Of a stretch of 64,000 nucleotides of DNA, positions 1 to 10,693 are shown piece after piece. A model generated the notes under the pieces. The model had not been told where the DNA came from, did no database searches, and saw nothing but the letters and a program-made list of their open reading frames with translations. The stretch is taken from positions 18,729 to 82,728 of the forward strand of contig JBGCFD010000046.1 in the NCBI GenBank assembly GCA_045106765.1, in the 5' to 3' direction. The translations under genes and the position numbers were made by a program. The stretch is from Saprospiraceae bacterium (lineage in GTDB: Bacteria; Bacteroidota; Bacteroidia; Chitinophagales; Saprospiraceae). The stretch's first letter is position 1. Each line of letters opens with the position of its first letter.

Positions 1-383
1 CCTACCCATTTTTTCCTACTGATGTTTATTCTTTTCATGTAGACCGCTCTCCTATTCCAGTCGATACTTTTTTATGCACTTATTATGGGACATCGAGTGA
101 AATATTACCAAATTCACAAGCCAATCAGAAAGTACTTATTCCTGAAATACGAGAGGAACTCAAAAAATTATTTGGTGGAGCAGAAGAAGGTTTCGAATCT
201 TTTTTGAGTGAATATTTCTTTGACCTACACTATCAAGCTAAACCTTTAGCTCGAGCTATCAACTTAGGTCAGGGTCACTTATGGAGGTTGGCAATCGATC
301 ATCCTGAAAGTCAAGTTCCTCCTTGTGTTCATCGTGCGCCAAAAGAAAAAACTGGACAGCCTCGATTGATGATGATCTGTTGA
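1..383 (+). CDS. C-terminal part of a conserved hypothetical protein; the 5-prime end lies outside the window. DUF1826-like is only a guess.
   Basis: Frame 3 is open from the window edge to TGA at 381-383 (...FHVDRSPIPVDTFLCTYYGTSSE...VHRAPKEKTGQPRLMMIC*). It is absent from the ORF track because no start codon lies inside the window. Confidence 0.55.
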   Translation, partial: YPFFPTDVYSFHVDRSPIPVDTFLCTYYGTSSEILPNSQANQKVLIPEIREELKKLFGGAEEGFESFLSEYFFDLHYQAKPLARAINLGQGHLWRLAIDHPESQVPPCVHRAPKEKTGQPRLMMIC

Positions 384-392
384 AATAAGGTA

Positions 393-424
393 AGGCATAG
401 TTCAATAATAAACTTACTATGCCT
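393..424. terminator. Short hairpin between convergent genes
   Basis: aggcatagt (393-401) pairs with actatgcct (416-424), a 9-bp stem between the partial CDS and the helicase stop codon. Confidence 0.35.
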
Positions 425-444
425 AAGGGAGTAAGAATTAAAAT

Positions 445-1689
445 TTATCGTTTTTTCTTTTTATGTTTTTTTCGTCTTGATTTTTCATGTGCTTCAATTT
501 CTTTCAACATAGATTTAATATCTCCTGAAGTGTCGTTAGAAAAATCTATCGTCTCAAAATATTCTTTTTTCCCAATGTCCAGAACTTCAATTTTTTCTCC
601 TAAAAATTCTTGAATATCCACAAGCATTGCTTCTTCCTCTTTGCTGCAAAAAGAATAAGCATTTCCTTTATTCTTTCCTCGACCAGTTCGACCAACTCGA
701 TGTACATAATTTTCGTCTTTGTCTGGCAAATCATAATTAATCACTATGTCTACATCTGGAATATCAATTCCTCTTGCGCTGACATCGGTTGCAATGAGTA
801 GTTTCACTTCGCCAGACTTGAATTGATTCATGACTAAATTTCTGTCTCGTTGATCTTTGTCTCCATGAATAGTAATTGCTTCAATCGCAACACGTCCCAT
901 GGCTTTTTTCACTCGTTCTGCTCGGACTTTAGTTCGAACAAAAACTAAAATTTTACTATCCTCATTTTCATTAACTATTCTTTCTAAGAAAAATCTTTTG
1001 TCATCCATCGAAACAAAAATGACTTTGTGATTGACATTTTTAGCTACTGGATTTTTTGGGGAAATCTGAATTCGAATCGCATTGGTGACAAGAGAATAGG
1101 CTAACTTTTTTATCTTTTGATTAATCGTCGCTGAGAAAAAAAGTGTTTGTCTTTTTTTAGGTAAGTGTCGCATCAAATCTTGAATGTCTCCGATAAATCC
1201 TAAATCCAACATATGATCCGCTTCGTCCAAAATCAAAATCTCAACTCGATCTAAATTCAAATGTCCTTGGCTCCGCAAATCAAACATTCGGCCAGGAGTC
1301 GCAATTAATATATCAACTCCTTTATTCAATTTTTCAATTTGAGGTTCTTGTTCTACTCCTCCATAAATTCCAAAAGTAATTACTCTCGTATGGCGACTTA
1401 ATTTTGTAAAAACTTCCATCAACTGAATCGCTAATTCATGCGTCGGAACCATCACCAAACATTTGATTCCATCAGGTCGTTTGATTCGTTTTTTTTCATC
1501 AATCATATTGATAACAGGGATGGCAAAGGCTGCCGTTTTACCTGTTCCAGTTTGCGCAATCGCCAATACATCTTCTCCTTTCAAGATCGAAGGAATCGAT
1601 TTGAATTGAATATCGGTTGGTCTTTTAAAACCTAGTTTCGAAAGATTCTTTTTGATTTCAGGAGAAATATTGTATTCTTCGAATCTCAT
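445..1689 (-). CDS. DEAD-box ATP-dependent RNA helicase (RhlE-like)
   Basis: Motifs AQTGTGKT, PTHELA, DEAD, SAT and HRVGRTGR, plus a basic K/R C-terminal tail. Confidence 0.95.
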   Translation of the reverse strand: MRFEEYNISPEIKKNLSKLGFKRPTDIQFKSIPSILKGEDVLAIAQTGTGKTAAFAIPVINMIDEKKRIKRPDGIKCLVMVPTHELAIQLMEVFTKLSRHTRVITFGIYGGVEQEPQIEKLNKGVDILIATPGRMFDLRSQGHLNLDRVEILILDEADHMLDLGFIGDIQDLMRHLPKKRQTLFFSATINQKIKKLAYSLVTNAIRIQISPKNPVAKNVNHKVIFVSMDDKRFFLERIVNENEDSKILVFVRTKVRAERVKKAMGRVAIEAITIHGDKDQRDRNLVMNQFKSGEVKLLIATDVSARGIDIPDVDIVINYDLPDKDENYVHRVGRTGRGKNKGNAYSFCSKEEEAMLVDIQEFLGEKIEVLDIGKKEYFETIDFSNDTSGDIKSMLKEIEAHEKSRRKKHKKKKR

Positions 1690-2276
1690 TTTTTCTGTTT
1701 TTGAATTAATATTTTTTTCAATCTCGCTAGCCGTCCACGATGGTGTCTTTGCAATAGAATTGGATAAAAATTAAAAATCACATTTATCAACATCGTAAAA
1801 AAAACGGCCCACCAAAAACCTCTCATTGCAAAATAAACACAAAGTACAGAAATGATAACCAATGGAATTAAATGACCAAATTCTGATTTGTGAGTTTGTA
1901 CTTCAAAGTCTTTTATACCGCTAATCGTTCCATCAAAAAACTTTTTTTGATCTGTTTTTTTTCGCCAAACAGTTGCTAGCAAGAAATTTCGGAACCGCTC
2001 GCCTTTTAGTTTTTTAAACCAAAAATTTATTTTCTTAGGATCGTTAACTTCATAATATTTCGATGGCATTAGTTTTTCTGTAGGCAATGCAAATCCTGAG
2101 AAAGCAAAAACTCCAGTAATAAATAAATTAAAAACTAAAGCAAAAACTAATTGTAAAATCCACGAAGGGTCTTCAATAAATTCTAATCCTAAGAATATTT
2201 TGTTCGACTGGAAGGTCAAAAAAATTGACATTCCAATGAAAATTATTTTTTGAATAAGAGTTGGATTTTTAACCAT
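1686..2276 (-). CDS. Polytopic membrane protein of unknown function
   Basis: Four to five hydrophobic helices and a basic C-terminal tail (QRHHRGRLARLKK). Its stop overlaps the helicase start by 4 nt, suggesting translational coupling. Confidence 0.65.
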   Translation of the reverse strand: MVKNPTLIQKIIFIGMSIFLTFQSNKIFLGLEFIEDPSWILQLVFALVFNLFITGVFAFSGFALPTEKLMPSKYYEVNDPKKINFWFKKLKGERFRNFLLATVWRKKTDQKKFFDGTISGIKDFEVQTHKSEFGHLIPLVIISVLCVYFAMRGFWWAVFFTMLINVIFNFYPILLQRHHRGRLARLKKILIQKQKK

Positions 2277-2301
2277 TGTATTTTTGCTTTGATAAAAAAT
2301 A

Positions 2302-3084
2302 TTAATTTTCTACCCACGCACCTTCAGGTATTTCAAAGATTGCGTCTTCCATTTTCTCTTCCGAAAAACTTACTTTTTCAAATGGTGATTCATATCTAAC
2401 TTCTCCCAACTGTTCATTTTCCCATTTGTAACCAATATACTTTTCTGGAAATAACAAACCATTTACATTTTGCCATTCATATTTGATGGCATTATATTTA
2501 GTCGCTTTTGTTTTATCAAAATAGGTTACGGAATAATTGATCAAATCAATTTTATTCGTATTTGGATTTATATAAAGTAGATATTGGTCTTCCGATGCAT
2601 CACCAACTCCATCGCCAAAAGTAGCTTTTATAACATTATACTTACGGTCGTTGACTTCTTTGCTTCCGAGGTCTTCCAAATTCACTCCTTCATCTGCAAG
2701 AACAAAAGGAATCGCAACAAAATAGAAAGTCAAATTTTTCATAAATCGAGGATTCTTCCCTGGAAAAGAATCTCTTGCAGGACTTACCCAAACCGTTTTC
2801 CCATCGTTTCCTAGAGTGTATTTCCCTTCTGCTGCTATGATTTCTTTTCGACTTTTTAAATCGATAGTGTAGTTGGTTATTGGAGCTCTACGAGTGCTAG
2901 AAAATTTTAAAGTATTCATTTTGTTCCAAGTTTCTAGACCTCCATGAGCATCTAAAACTTTTTGAAAAAATGCTGGAAATTCCTTTTTCGTAACAATTGG
3001 ATTTTCAGTTTTTGGAGCGGATTCGCTACAGGCATTTAAAAATAAAAACATAAATGCTAGTACATAAAAATAGTTGAATTTCAT
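2302..3084 (-). CDS. Putative lipoprotein of unknown function
   Basis: N-terminal signal peptide ending in FLNAC (lipobox-like Cys); the rest is soluble and looks beta-rich. Confidence 0.7.
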   Translation of the reverse strand: MKFNYFYVLAFMFLFLNACSESAPKTENPIVTKKEFPAFFQKVLDAHGGLETWNKMNTLKFSSTRRAPITNYTIDLKSRKEIIAAEGKYTLGNDGKTVWVSPARDSFPGKNPRFMKNLTFYFVAIPFVLADEGVNLEDLGSKEVNDRKYNVIKATFGDGVGDASEDQYLLYINPNTNKIDLINYSVTYFDKTKATKYNAIKYEWQNVNGLLFPEKYIGYKWENEQLGEVRYESPFEKVSFSEEKMEDAIFEIPEGAWVEN

Positions 3085-3213
3085 TTTGTCTGTTTTAAAA
3101 ATGGTTTAACTCTCAGAGTCGTATACCATTCAACAACTTCCAAGTTGTTGGGTTCAGAAATTGAACGATTTGGAAAATCGTTTTAAGGAAACAAAAATAA
3201 CATTTTATAAATC

Positions 3214-3250
3214 AAAAAAAGCTGTCGAATTTGATTCAACAGCTTTTTTG
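3214..3250 (-). terminator. Rho-independent terminator downstream of lepA
   Basis: agctgtcgaat / attcaacagct stem (one G-U or mismatch), flanked by an A-run and a T-run. Confidence 0.65.
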
Positions 3251-3277
3251 TTTTTCTAAAGACAAGTTTTATAAAAA

Positions 3278-5077
3278 TTACGTGTCTAGTTTTAAAACTT
3301 GTAAAAATGCTTTTTGAGGCACTTCTACATTTCCAATAGAACGCATTTTCTTTTTACCTTTTTTCTGTTTTTCGAGCAATTTACGTTTACGTGAAATATC
3401 ACCACCATAACATTTAGCGGTTACATCTTTTCGAAGTGCAGAGATGGTTTCTCTTGCGATAACTTTTGCTCCGATAGAAGCTTGAATCGCAATTTTAAAT
3501 TGTTGTCGTGGTAACAATTCTTTTAATCGAGAACAAATTTTACGTCCAAATGCTTGAGCCTTATCTCGATGTACCAAAGCTGAAAGTGCATCTACCGCTT
3601 CGCCATTAAGTAACATATCCAACTTCACTAATTTTGATTGTCGATAATCCAAAGGTGCATAATCGAAGGAAGCATAACCTCTAGTAATTGATTTTAATTT
3701 ATCATAAAAATCAAAAACGATTTCTGCCAGCGGCATATGGAAAGTTAATTCCACTCGTGTTTCTGATAAATAAAGTTGCTTTTGCATTTCTCCTCTTTTA
3801 TCCATGCACAAATTCATTATTGAACCAATATATTCTGGTTTTGTAATAATTTGAGCAATGATATATGGCTCTTCTACAAAATCTAACAAAGAAGGATCTG
3901 GCAAATCAGCAGGTGTGTTTACCAAAAATTTCTCACTATTTTTTCTAGTCGTTTTCGCAAAATAGGTAACGTTTGGAATTGTTGTGATCACCTCTTGGTT
4001 AAACTCTCTGGACAGACGTTCTTGGATAATTTCCAAGTGCAACATTCCCAAGAACCCACATCTAAAACCAAACCCTAAGGCGATAGAAGTTTCCGGTTCA
4101 AAAACTAACGAGGCATCATTCAATTGTAACTTTTCCAAACTATCTCGAAGGTCTTCAAAGTCCTCATTTTCAATTGGAAAAATTCCTGCGAAAACCATTG
4201 GTTTTACATCCTCAAAACCTTGGATACCTTCTTCACATGGATTGTCAGTTAAAGTAATTGTATCTCCTACTTTAATTTCTTTGGAAGTTTTGATACCTGT
4301 AACGACATAGCCTACATTTCCTGCACCTAGTTGCTTTTGAGGAATTTGATTGAGTTGTAAAACTCCAATTTCATCAGCGGTATAATCATTATCGGTATTG
4401 ACAAAATGAATTTTGTCTCCTTTTTTCATGATTCCGTTTAAGATTCTAAAATAGGCAATTACCCCTCGGTAAGAGTTAAATTCTGAATCAAAAATCAATG
4501 CTTGAAGTGGTGCTTCAGGATCTCCAACAGGAGCTGGAATTCGATCTACAATAGCGTCCATAATGTCTTGTACTCCTAATCCAGTTTTCCCACTTGCCAG
4601 TACAATTTCATCTTTGTTACAACCAATCAAATCAATAATTTGGTCAGAGACTTCATCGATCATCGCACTTTCCATATCAACTTTATTCAAAATCGGAATG
4701 ATTTCTAAATCATGTTCGATAGCTAAATATAGATTAGAAATAGTTTGAGCTTGAATTCCTTGAGAAGCATCAACTAATAAAAGTGCTCCCTCGCAGGCTG
4801 CAATTGATCGAGATACTTCGTAAGAAAAATCTACGTGTCCGGGAGTGTCGATTAGATTGAAAGTATATTTCTCGCCATCAGTATGGTTGTAATATAATTG
4901 GATAGCATGGCTTTTTATAGTAATACCGCGTTCTCTTTCGATATCCATATCATCCAAAGCTTGATCTTTCATATTCCGTTCGGATATGGTTTGCGTAAAC
5001 TCTAAGAGTCTATCTGAAAGGGTACTTTTCCCATGATCGATATGGGCTATCACACAAAAATTTCTAAAGTTCTTCAT
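3278..5077 (-). CDS. lepA: Elongation factor 4 (LepA)
   Basis: 599 aa. GTPase motifs [14 protein letters not shown] and NKVD, plus the conserved LepA C-terminal region ([21 protein letters not shown]). Confidence 0.97.
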   Translation of the reverse strand: MKNFRNFCVIAHIDHGKSTLSDRLLEFTQTISERNMKDQALDDMDIERERGITIKSHAIQLYYNHTDGEKYTFNLIDTPGHVDFSYEVSRSIAACEGALLLVDASQGIQAQTISNLYLAIEHDLEIIPILNKVDMESAMIDEVSDQIIDLIGCNKDEIVLASGKTGLGVQDIMDAIVDRIPAPVGDPEAPLQALIFDSEFNSYRGVIAYFRILNGIMKKGDKIHFVNTDNDYTADEIGVLQLNQIPQKQLGAGNVGYVVTGIKTSKEIKVGDTITLTDNPCEEGIQGFEDVKPMVFAGIFPIENEDFEDLRDSLEKLQLNDASLVFEPETSIALGFGFRCGFLGMLHLEIIQERLSREFNQEVITTIPNVTYFAKTTRKNSEKFLVNTPADLPDPSLLDFVEEPYIIAQIITKPEYIGSIMNLCMDKRGEMQKQLYLSETRVELTFHMPLAEIVFDFYDKLKSITRGYASFDYAPLDYRQSKLVKLDMLLNGEAVDALSALVHRDKAQAFGRKICSRLKELLPRQQFKIAIQASIGAKVIARETISALRKDVTAKCYGGDISRKRKLLEKQKKGKKKMRSIGNVEVPQKAFLQVLKLDT

Positions 5078-5211
5078 ATTGGGCGCAAAGATACGCTTTT
5101 TTGGATTTTTTACTGGAAAAAATTATTATTTGAGATTCTTTTTTGGAACGTTGAAAATGGAGGGATTGTTGAGGTTTTTAATGGTTAATTTTTAAACTTA
5201 CCCCTAAAACC

Positions 5212-5253
5212 AAATCGAGTCAAAATTACAGTAGCATAATTTTGACTCGATTT
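5212..5253 (-). terminator. Terminator of the giant adhesin gene
   Basis: Perfect 17-bp stem aaatcgagtcaaaatta / taattttgactcgattt with an 8-nt loop. Confidence 0.7.
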
Positions 5254-5285
5254 TCTTTTTATAAAAACTTTGCAAGTATTTTGTT

Positions 5286-8200
5286 TTACCTCAAGATCGT
5301 CACATCACCTTTTAAGACCAATCCTGCTGCAAAATCCAAGCGAAGAATATAATAATAAGTTCCTTCAGGAAGCGGTTTTCCATTTTGGTTTGTTCCACCC
5401 CAATCATTACTATATGGTTTTGCTTCGTAAACTACATCGCCCCATCTATTGAAAACCACTAATTCATTGTTGACAAAATCGTTTGGATTTTGAACTAAAA
5501 CATCAAAAACAAAAACATCATTTAATCCATCATCATTGGGTGTAATGGTATTTGTATTTTGTTGCAATAAACTATCAATTGGTAATGGATCTTTTACATT
5601 AACCGTAATCGTAACTAACGAAGTATCACAAGCATCTAAGCAGATGTCCGAGCAAAATTCATATTCAAAAGTTTCCGTTCCGATAAAATCTAAATTTGGT
5701 GAGTAATTAAAACCACCGCCACCAAGATTGGTTAGTGTTCCATTTGCTACGCTGGTCAAATCGGTAAATTGCCCTACTCCAACCATATCATTTATACTCA
5801 CATCAAAATCTAACACTTCATTTTCTAACATCGTGTACGTATCATCATTGGTAATGGAAATTTCGTCAACTGTTACCGTAACCGTATCAGAACTATATTC
5901 AGGACAACCTAAAGCAGAAAGTGTCCATACAAATACATTCACCCCAGGTTGTAAATTAGTAACTTCTGTTGTTGGACTTGCTGGATCAGTTGGAATCGCA
6001 TTTCCAAGACTTAACCAAATTCCAGTTACATCAGTTGGTAAATTCCCTTCCAAATTTGTAGTCGTCTCACAAACGGCGAGATCATCTCCAGCATCCGCAA
6101 GTGGGAATGAATTATTGAAAACAACCTCCACATCTGTAGTTGCTGTACAACCAGTTTGAGTATCCGTAACTAACAAAGTATAAGTTCCTGGAGAGGATAC
6201 TTGAGGCATTAGAGTAGTTTCATCCATATCAATAATTCCACCATTAGAAGGAGTCCACAAGTAAGTAATCGTTGCGCCAGCTGAAGAACCTGTTCCATCC
6301 AAAAGAATAGAAATAACTCCACAATCTAAATTAACAGGAGTTGCTGCTATCGCATCGACTGCCTGACTCGATATCACATCGACTTGATCTGTTGAAGCAC
6401 ATCCGTTGGTGGTATCTGTAACCATCAACATGTAAGTTCCTACTAAATTAACTTCTGGATTGAAATCAGTTTCCGTTCCTGTAACTATTGATCCATTTGT
6501 TGTTGTCCAAAGATAAACAAAATCATCTCCCATCGATGAACCTGAGCCATCAAGAAAAATAGAAGTAGCTGTACAAGGAAGCTCCATTTCCATTCCAGCA
6601 TTGGCAGTTGGAGCATCCATATCATTTAGAATTTCTAAACTAACCGTATCTGTACATCCTGTTAAAGTATCTAAAGCAACAAACTCATATATACCTGCTG
6701 CATCAGCCTGAATCATTAATTGGGTTGGATCAGGAGAAGTAATATTTCCTCCCATCATTGCTGTCCAATTATAAATTACATCCATCGTTGAAGCATTAAC
6801 TGATGCTTCAAGATTAACTAGGTTTGTTTCACAATCAATATTTCCATCAGCCATTGCACTTGCCATCACCAAACTTGAATCAACTAAGACTAATGCTCCA
6901 TCTTGATAAATACATCCAGTTATAGTATCTGTCACCGTTAAAGTATAAAATGCTTGAGTGCTCACCATTGGCATCAATCCATCAGTTGTTCCTGGAATAT
7001 AATTTCCATTTGGTCCAGTCACCCATGAAAAAATTTGATTAGGTAAAAGTACTGTTCCAGAAGCATCAAGAGTTACGATTGGAGTGCTACAAGTAATATT
7101 CGAAGTGAGCTCTACACTTAGAATAGGTGATGGATTCGTTTGTTCTACAAAAACAGTAGCAGTATCTATACACCCATTATCAGTATTGGTAACACATAAT
7201 GTATATGTTCCTCCAATATTGACTTCTGCTATTAAAGTATCTTGCCCAGCGACAATATTTCCATCTGTCGTTTTCCAAAAATATTCAACACCTGATGTAG
7301 TCGAGCCAGTTCCATCTAACATAACCGTCGCCTCATCACAATCAAATTCCACCGTGTCTTGAACAACCATTGCAACTGGAGGAGTATTATTGGATGAAAC
7401 AAATAATTGATCCATATCAGAACAATTATTATCAAGATTAGTAATCGTTAAAATATAAGCACCAGGTTCGTTTACAGTAGGCATCAAAGTATTTTCATTT
7501 CCATCAATTACTACACCTGAACCATCAGCAGCAACCCACTCAATTAGATAACCAGGCCCACTTGAAGAAACTAAAGATGCATCTAAAGTTATTTCAGGAT
7601 TGGTACAAGTAATTGTTCCATTAGCTCCTGCTTCTACAATTGGATAATCATCACTTTCCGTCACTACTACCGTATCCATATTCATACATCCATTTATCGT
7701 ATCAGTAACCATAATTAAATATTCACCAGCTGATGAAATGGAAGGAGTAAGAGTAGTTGAATTTCCTGGTGGATTTCCAAAAAGTGCTGTCCATTGATAA
7801 ATATAGTCAGTTCCAGTAGAAGAGTTAGAACCATCTAAGGTGGCTGCAGTTTGTCCACAATCTAATGCAAAATCATCTCCTGCATCAGCTATGGGTTCTA
7901 CAATATTTTGCATGACAACAATGGTAGCCGAATCTTTACATCCATTATCATTATTAGTTAGTGTCAATTGAAAAGTTCCGACTGCATCAATAATTAAATC
8001 ACCTTGAGCATTAGCTCCAGCAATTGTTCCAGCAATTACATCCCAACCTACTGTAATATTATTACCAACAGGTGTTGCATTCGATAATAAAATTTCAGGT
8101 TGAGAACAAGTTAAAATTCCACTAGCTACTGGATTGGGAATTGGAGCAATAGTATCCATCACGACTGTCATCGAAGATGTTGCCGTACAATTATTGATCG

Positions 8201-10571
8201 TATCTAGAACTTCCAAAGTATAAACTCCACCAGCATCTACAAAAGGTGCTATTGAAGTTGTATCACCTATAATATTTCCTAAATCAGTTGTCCAAGCATA
8301 TTTGAACTCAGCACCAAACGAAGAATCTGATCCATCTAATTGAACACTTAAAACCTCACAATTTAATATTCGATTAGGGCCAGCATTCGCAATTGGAAGA
8401 TTAGCATCTTGAGTTACCATGGTAGTATCACTCGCTGTACATCCATTGATAGTATTCGTTACGGTCAAAATATATTCACCTGCTGCAGAAACAGTAGGCA
8501 TTAATATCGTTTCATCTCCAGCAACAATATCTCCACCGTTAGTTGTCCACAAATAAGTAAAATCTCCTGTAGATGAACCTGTTCCATCTAATATTATAGA
8601 AGGAGTTGTACAATTAATTTCATCATTCATATCTGAAACTGTTGCAGTTGGTTCTGCCAAATTTGCTCCGACAACTACCAATGCCTCATCTGTACATTGA
8701 CTGTAAGTATTCATTACCGTCAATGTATAAGTTCCAGCTGCATCAACTGTAGGCATAGTCGAATTTTCATTAGTTATAGTGCCTGGTCCTGACCAAGAGT
8801 AGGTTATAAGTGACCCCGAGGAAGAAGCACTTCCATCTAAAGTCACTTCTGAATTAATACAAGTAATTGATGTACCAAGAGCAGCACTCGCTGTAGGTGT
8901 ATCATTATTTAAAGCAATCTCCACAGTATCGGTAGCCGTACATCCCGTTCCATCTTCGGTAACGGTAAATATATAAGTACCTGCTTGATCAATAGTAGGA
9001 TTAGGCATGTCTTGGTTCATTACAAAACTTCCACCCATCGTAGTCCAAGCATAAGTATAATTCCCAGTAGGGTTAACATCTCCATCTAGTTCCAATTCCG
9101 TCACCTCACAATTTAAAGTATCAGGTTCTCCAGCATCCACAATTGGAGGAACTACATCTCCTTCCACAAAACTAAAAGCGGTGTCTGAACAACCATTTGA
9201 AGTATCTGTAACAATCAAGTCATAAAGACCTACTCCATTCACAGTTGCCATTAACGTATTTCCTCCCAAAATAGTAGCTGTCCCTGTCCCATGAATCCAT
9301 TCATAAGTTATATCAGTTCCAGTTGATGAGCCAGTTCCATCTAGTACGGTGGTTGGTTCTACACAACTAATCGTATCTAAAAGTTCAGCCACAGCAATTG
9401 GTGTGATAAAATCTCCAAGAAGGGTAAAACTAGAAGAGAAAACATTTGCAGGCATACTCGAATCAGTAATGGTAACAGTATAACTTCCTACCCCCAATCC
9501 AGTCAAATCTTGAGTCGTACTATCATTACTCCACAAATAAGTGTAAGGGTTTGTTCCTCCAGAAACTGAAATATTGATTTCTCCTCCATTTGCATCATAA
9601 CAATTTGGTTGAGTCAAAGTACTATTCGTTATAAAAATGGTTTGTTGAATATTGATCTTCCCTCCCTCTGACTGCAAACCTAAATTATTTGAATTTCCAA
9701 ATTGAATTACTTCAATCGGAATCGGATTGTCATCAAATACAACGCACGTCATATCATTCACACTTCCAATCACCGTAAAACACATTTCAAAAATCGCTGT
9801 TCCATCTGCTACAGTAACACCATTAAATGGATCATTATCATCATCATTCCACGAAAAACCAATCAAACCTGACCCTGCATTACTAACTCCAAAAGAACTT
9901 ATATCCAAATCCGATAAGTTAAATGCCGTCACAGAATCATATTGCAAAACCGAAGCATCCCAATTTATTGCACTTTGAATACTTTCCAAATCATCAAAAT
10001 TAGTCACACTTACTGGCAAACAAAATGAAGCACCTGGTGCATAAATTTCATTGGGCATAGTAAAAATCAAAGGTGTTGGAACGGTTACATTTCCTCCTTG
10101 AGTGACTAAATTCATTGGAGTAAACACGCCATTATTATTTGCCAAAACATCTATTGAAGTAGGTACTCCACTAAAATCAACTTGAGTACTACTTCCTCCT
10201 GGCCCAACTACGGTAAAACACATTCGAAAAAATAAATCTCCATCTGGCATACTCACTCCTCCAGGCGAAGTCGATGAAAATGCAAAAGTAGAAACTCCTG
10301 CAGGGCTTCCTGTAGTGTTAATATTAGCTCCTGCAAAGTTTGGATTTAATGCTTCAATAGAGGTAAGATCCAATATAGTTTCATCCCAATTAATCGAAAA
10401 TTGTAAAGAAACTATATTCATCAAATTCTCAGCTGTTACATTCATACAAAATGAACTTCCGACACCGGCACTTTCATCTTCTAAGGTAAAAATGGCATCT
10501 TGGCTTTGAATTGGAGAAATTGTAATGAATAGAAAAAATCCTGTAACAATGGTTTTAATTATATTTATCAT
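5286..10571 (-). CDS. Giant cell-surface adhesin-like protein with a T9SS type B (gliding motility-associated) C-terminal sorting domain
   Basis: 1761 aa with a signal peptide. It has two N-terminal cohesin-like modules, one SprB-type repeat (GGTNPYTYLWSND) and at least 13 Ig/PKD-like repeats. The C-terminus reads ITPNDDGLNDVF...FNRWGDVVYE...GTYYYIL...GDVTILR, typical of the TIGR04131-type domain. Confidence 0.9.
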   Translation of the reverse strand: MINIIKTIVTGFFLFITISPIQSQDAIFTLEDESAGVGSSFCMNVTAENLMNIVSLQFSINWDETILDLTSIEALNPNFAGANINTTGSPAGVSTFAFSSTSPGGVSMPDGDLFFRMCFTVVGPGGSSTQVDFSGVPTSIDVLANNNGVFTPMNLVTQGGNVTVPTPLIFTMPNEIYAPGASFCLPVSVTNFDDLESIQSAINWDASVLQYDSVTAFNLSDLDISSFGVSNAGSGLIGFSWNDDDNDPFNGVTVADGTAIFEMCFTVIGSVNDMTCVVFDDNPIPIEVIQFGNSNNLGLQSEGGKINIQQTIFITNSTLTQPNCYDANGGEINISVSGGTNPYTYLWSNDSTTQDLTGLGVGSYTVTITDSSMPANVFSSSFTLLGDFITPIAVAELLDTISCVEPTTVLDGTGSSTGTDITYEWIHGTGTATILGGNTLMATVNGVGLYDLIVTDTSNGCSDTAFSFVEGDVVPPIVDAGEPDTLNCEVTELELDGDVNPTGNYTYAWTTMGGSFVMNQDMPNPTIDQAGTYIFTVTEDGTGCTATDTVEIALNNDTPTASAALGTSITCINSEVTLDGSASSSGSLITYSWSGPGTITNENSTMPTVDAAGTYTLTVMNTYSQCTDEALVVVGANLAEPTATVSDMNDEINCTTPSIILDGTGSSTGDFTYLWTTNGGDIVAGDETILMPTVSAAGEYILTVTNTINGCTASDTTMVTQDANLPIANAGPNRILNCEVLSVQLDGSDSSFGAEFKYAWTTDLGNIIGDTTSIAPFVDAGGVYTLEVLDTINNCTATSSMTVVMDTIAPIPNPVASGILTCSQPEILLSNATPVGNNITVGWDVIAGTIAGANAQGDLIIDAVGTFQLTLTNNDNGCKDSATIVVMQNIVEPIADAGDDFALDCGQTAATLDGSNSSTGTDYIYQWTALFGNPPGNSTTLTPSISSAGEYLIMVTDTINGCMNMDTVVVTESDDYPIVEAGANGTITCTNPEITLDASLVSSSGPGYLIEWVAADGSGVVIDGNENTLMPTVNEPGAYILTITNLDNNCSDMDQLFVSSNNTPPVAMVVQDTVEFDCDEATVMLDGTGSTTSGVEYFWKTTDGNIVAGQDTLIAEVNIGGTYTLCVTNTDNGCIDTATVFVEQTNPSPILSVELTSNITCSTPIVTLDASGTVLLPNQIFSWVTGPNGNYIPGTTDGLMPMVSTQAFYTLTVTDTITGCIYQDGALVLVDSSLVMASAMADGNIDCETNLVNLEASVNASTMDVIYNWTAMMGGNITSPDPTQLMIQADAAGIYEFVALDTLTGCTDTVSLEILNDMDAPTANAGMEMELPCTATSIFLDGSGSSMGDDFVYLWTTTNGSIVTGTETDFNPEVNLVGTYMLMVTDTTNGCASTDQVDVISSQAVDAIAATPVNLDCGVISILLDGTGSSAGATITYLWTPSNGGIIDMDETTLMPQVSSPGTYTLLVTDTQTGCTATTDVEVVFNNSFPLADAGDDLAVCETTTNLEGNLPTDVTGIWLSLGNAIPTDPASPTTEVTNLQPGVNVFVWTLSALGCPEYSSDTVTVTVDEISITNDDTYTMLENEVLDFDVSINDMVGVGQFTDLTSVANGTLTNLGGGGFNYSPNLDFIGTETFEYEFCSDICLDACDTSLVTITVNVKDPLPIDSLLQQNTNTITPNDDGLNDVFVFDVLVQNPNDFVNNELVVFNRWGDVVYEAKPYSNDWGGTNQNGKPLPEGTYYYILRLDFAAGLVLKGDVTILR
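6070..9400 (-). repeat. Array of at least 13 tandem ~75-aa Ig/PKD-like modules inside the adhesin gene (approximate bounds)
   Basis: Recurring pattern LDG(S/T)GSS.G...Y.W(T)..GG.I.....T..P.V...G.Y.L.VT....GC...D.V.V. Confidence 0.8.
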
Positions 10572-10693
10572 CTTCTAGAGTTTGATATATTATTGGGTCT
10601 TGTCTTTTGACAAGTGAGATATTTAATTTTTTTGATAAAAATTAAACACATCATTTTTGTCCTTTTTTAATAATTCTAATCTGACCTCTAAAT

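Noticed and set aside
3984-4748. Plus-strand ORFs 3984-4310 and 4563-4748
   Set aside because: They are antisense to lepA, whose identity is unambiguous.
5728-10509. Plus-strand ORFs inside the adhesin gene (5728-6159, 7084-7362, 9727-9978, 10315-10509)
   Set aside because: They lie antisense within a long, well-supported minus-strand CDS. Their translations are low-complexity Ser/Thr/Val-rich mirror images of the repeats. They are shadow ORFs.
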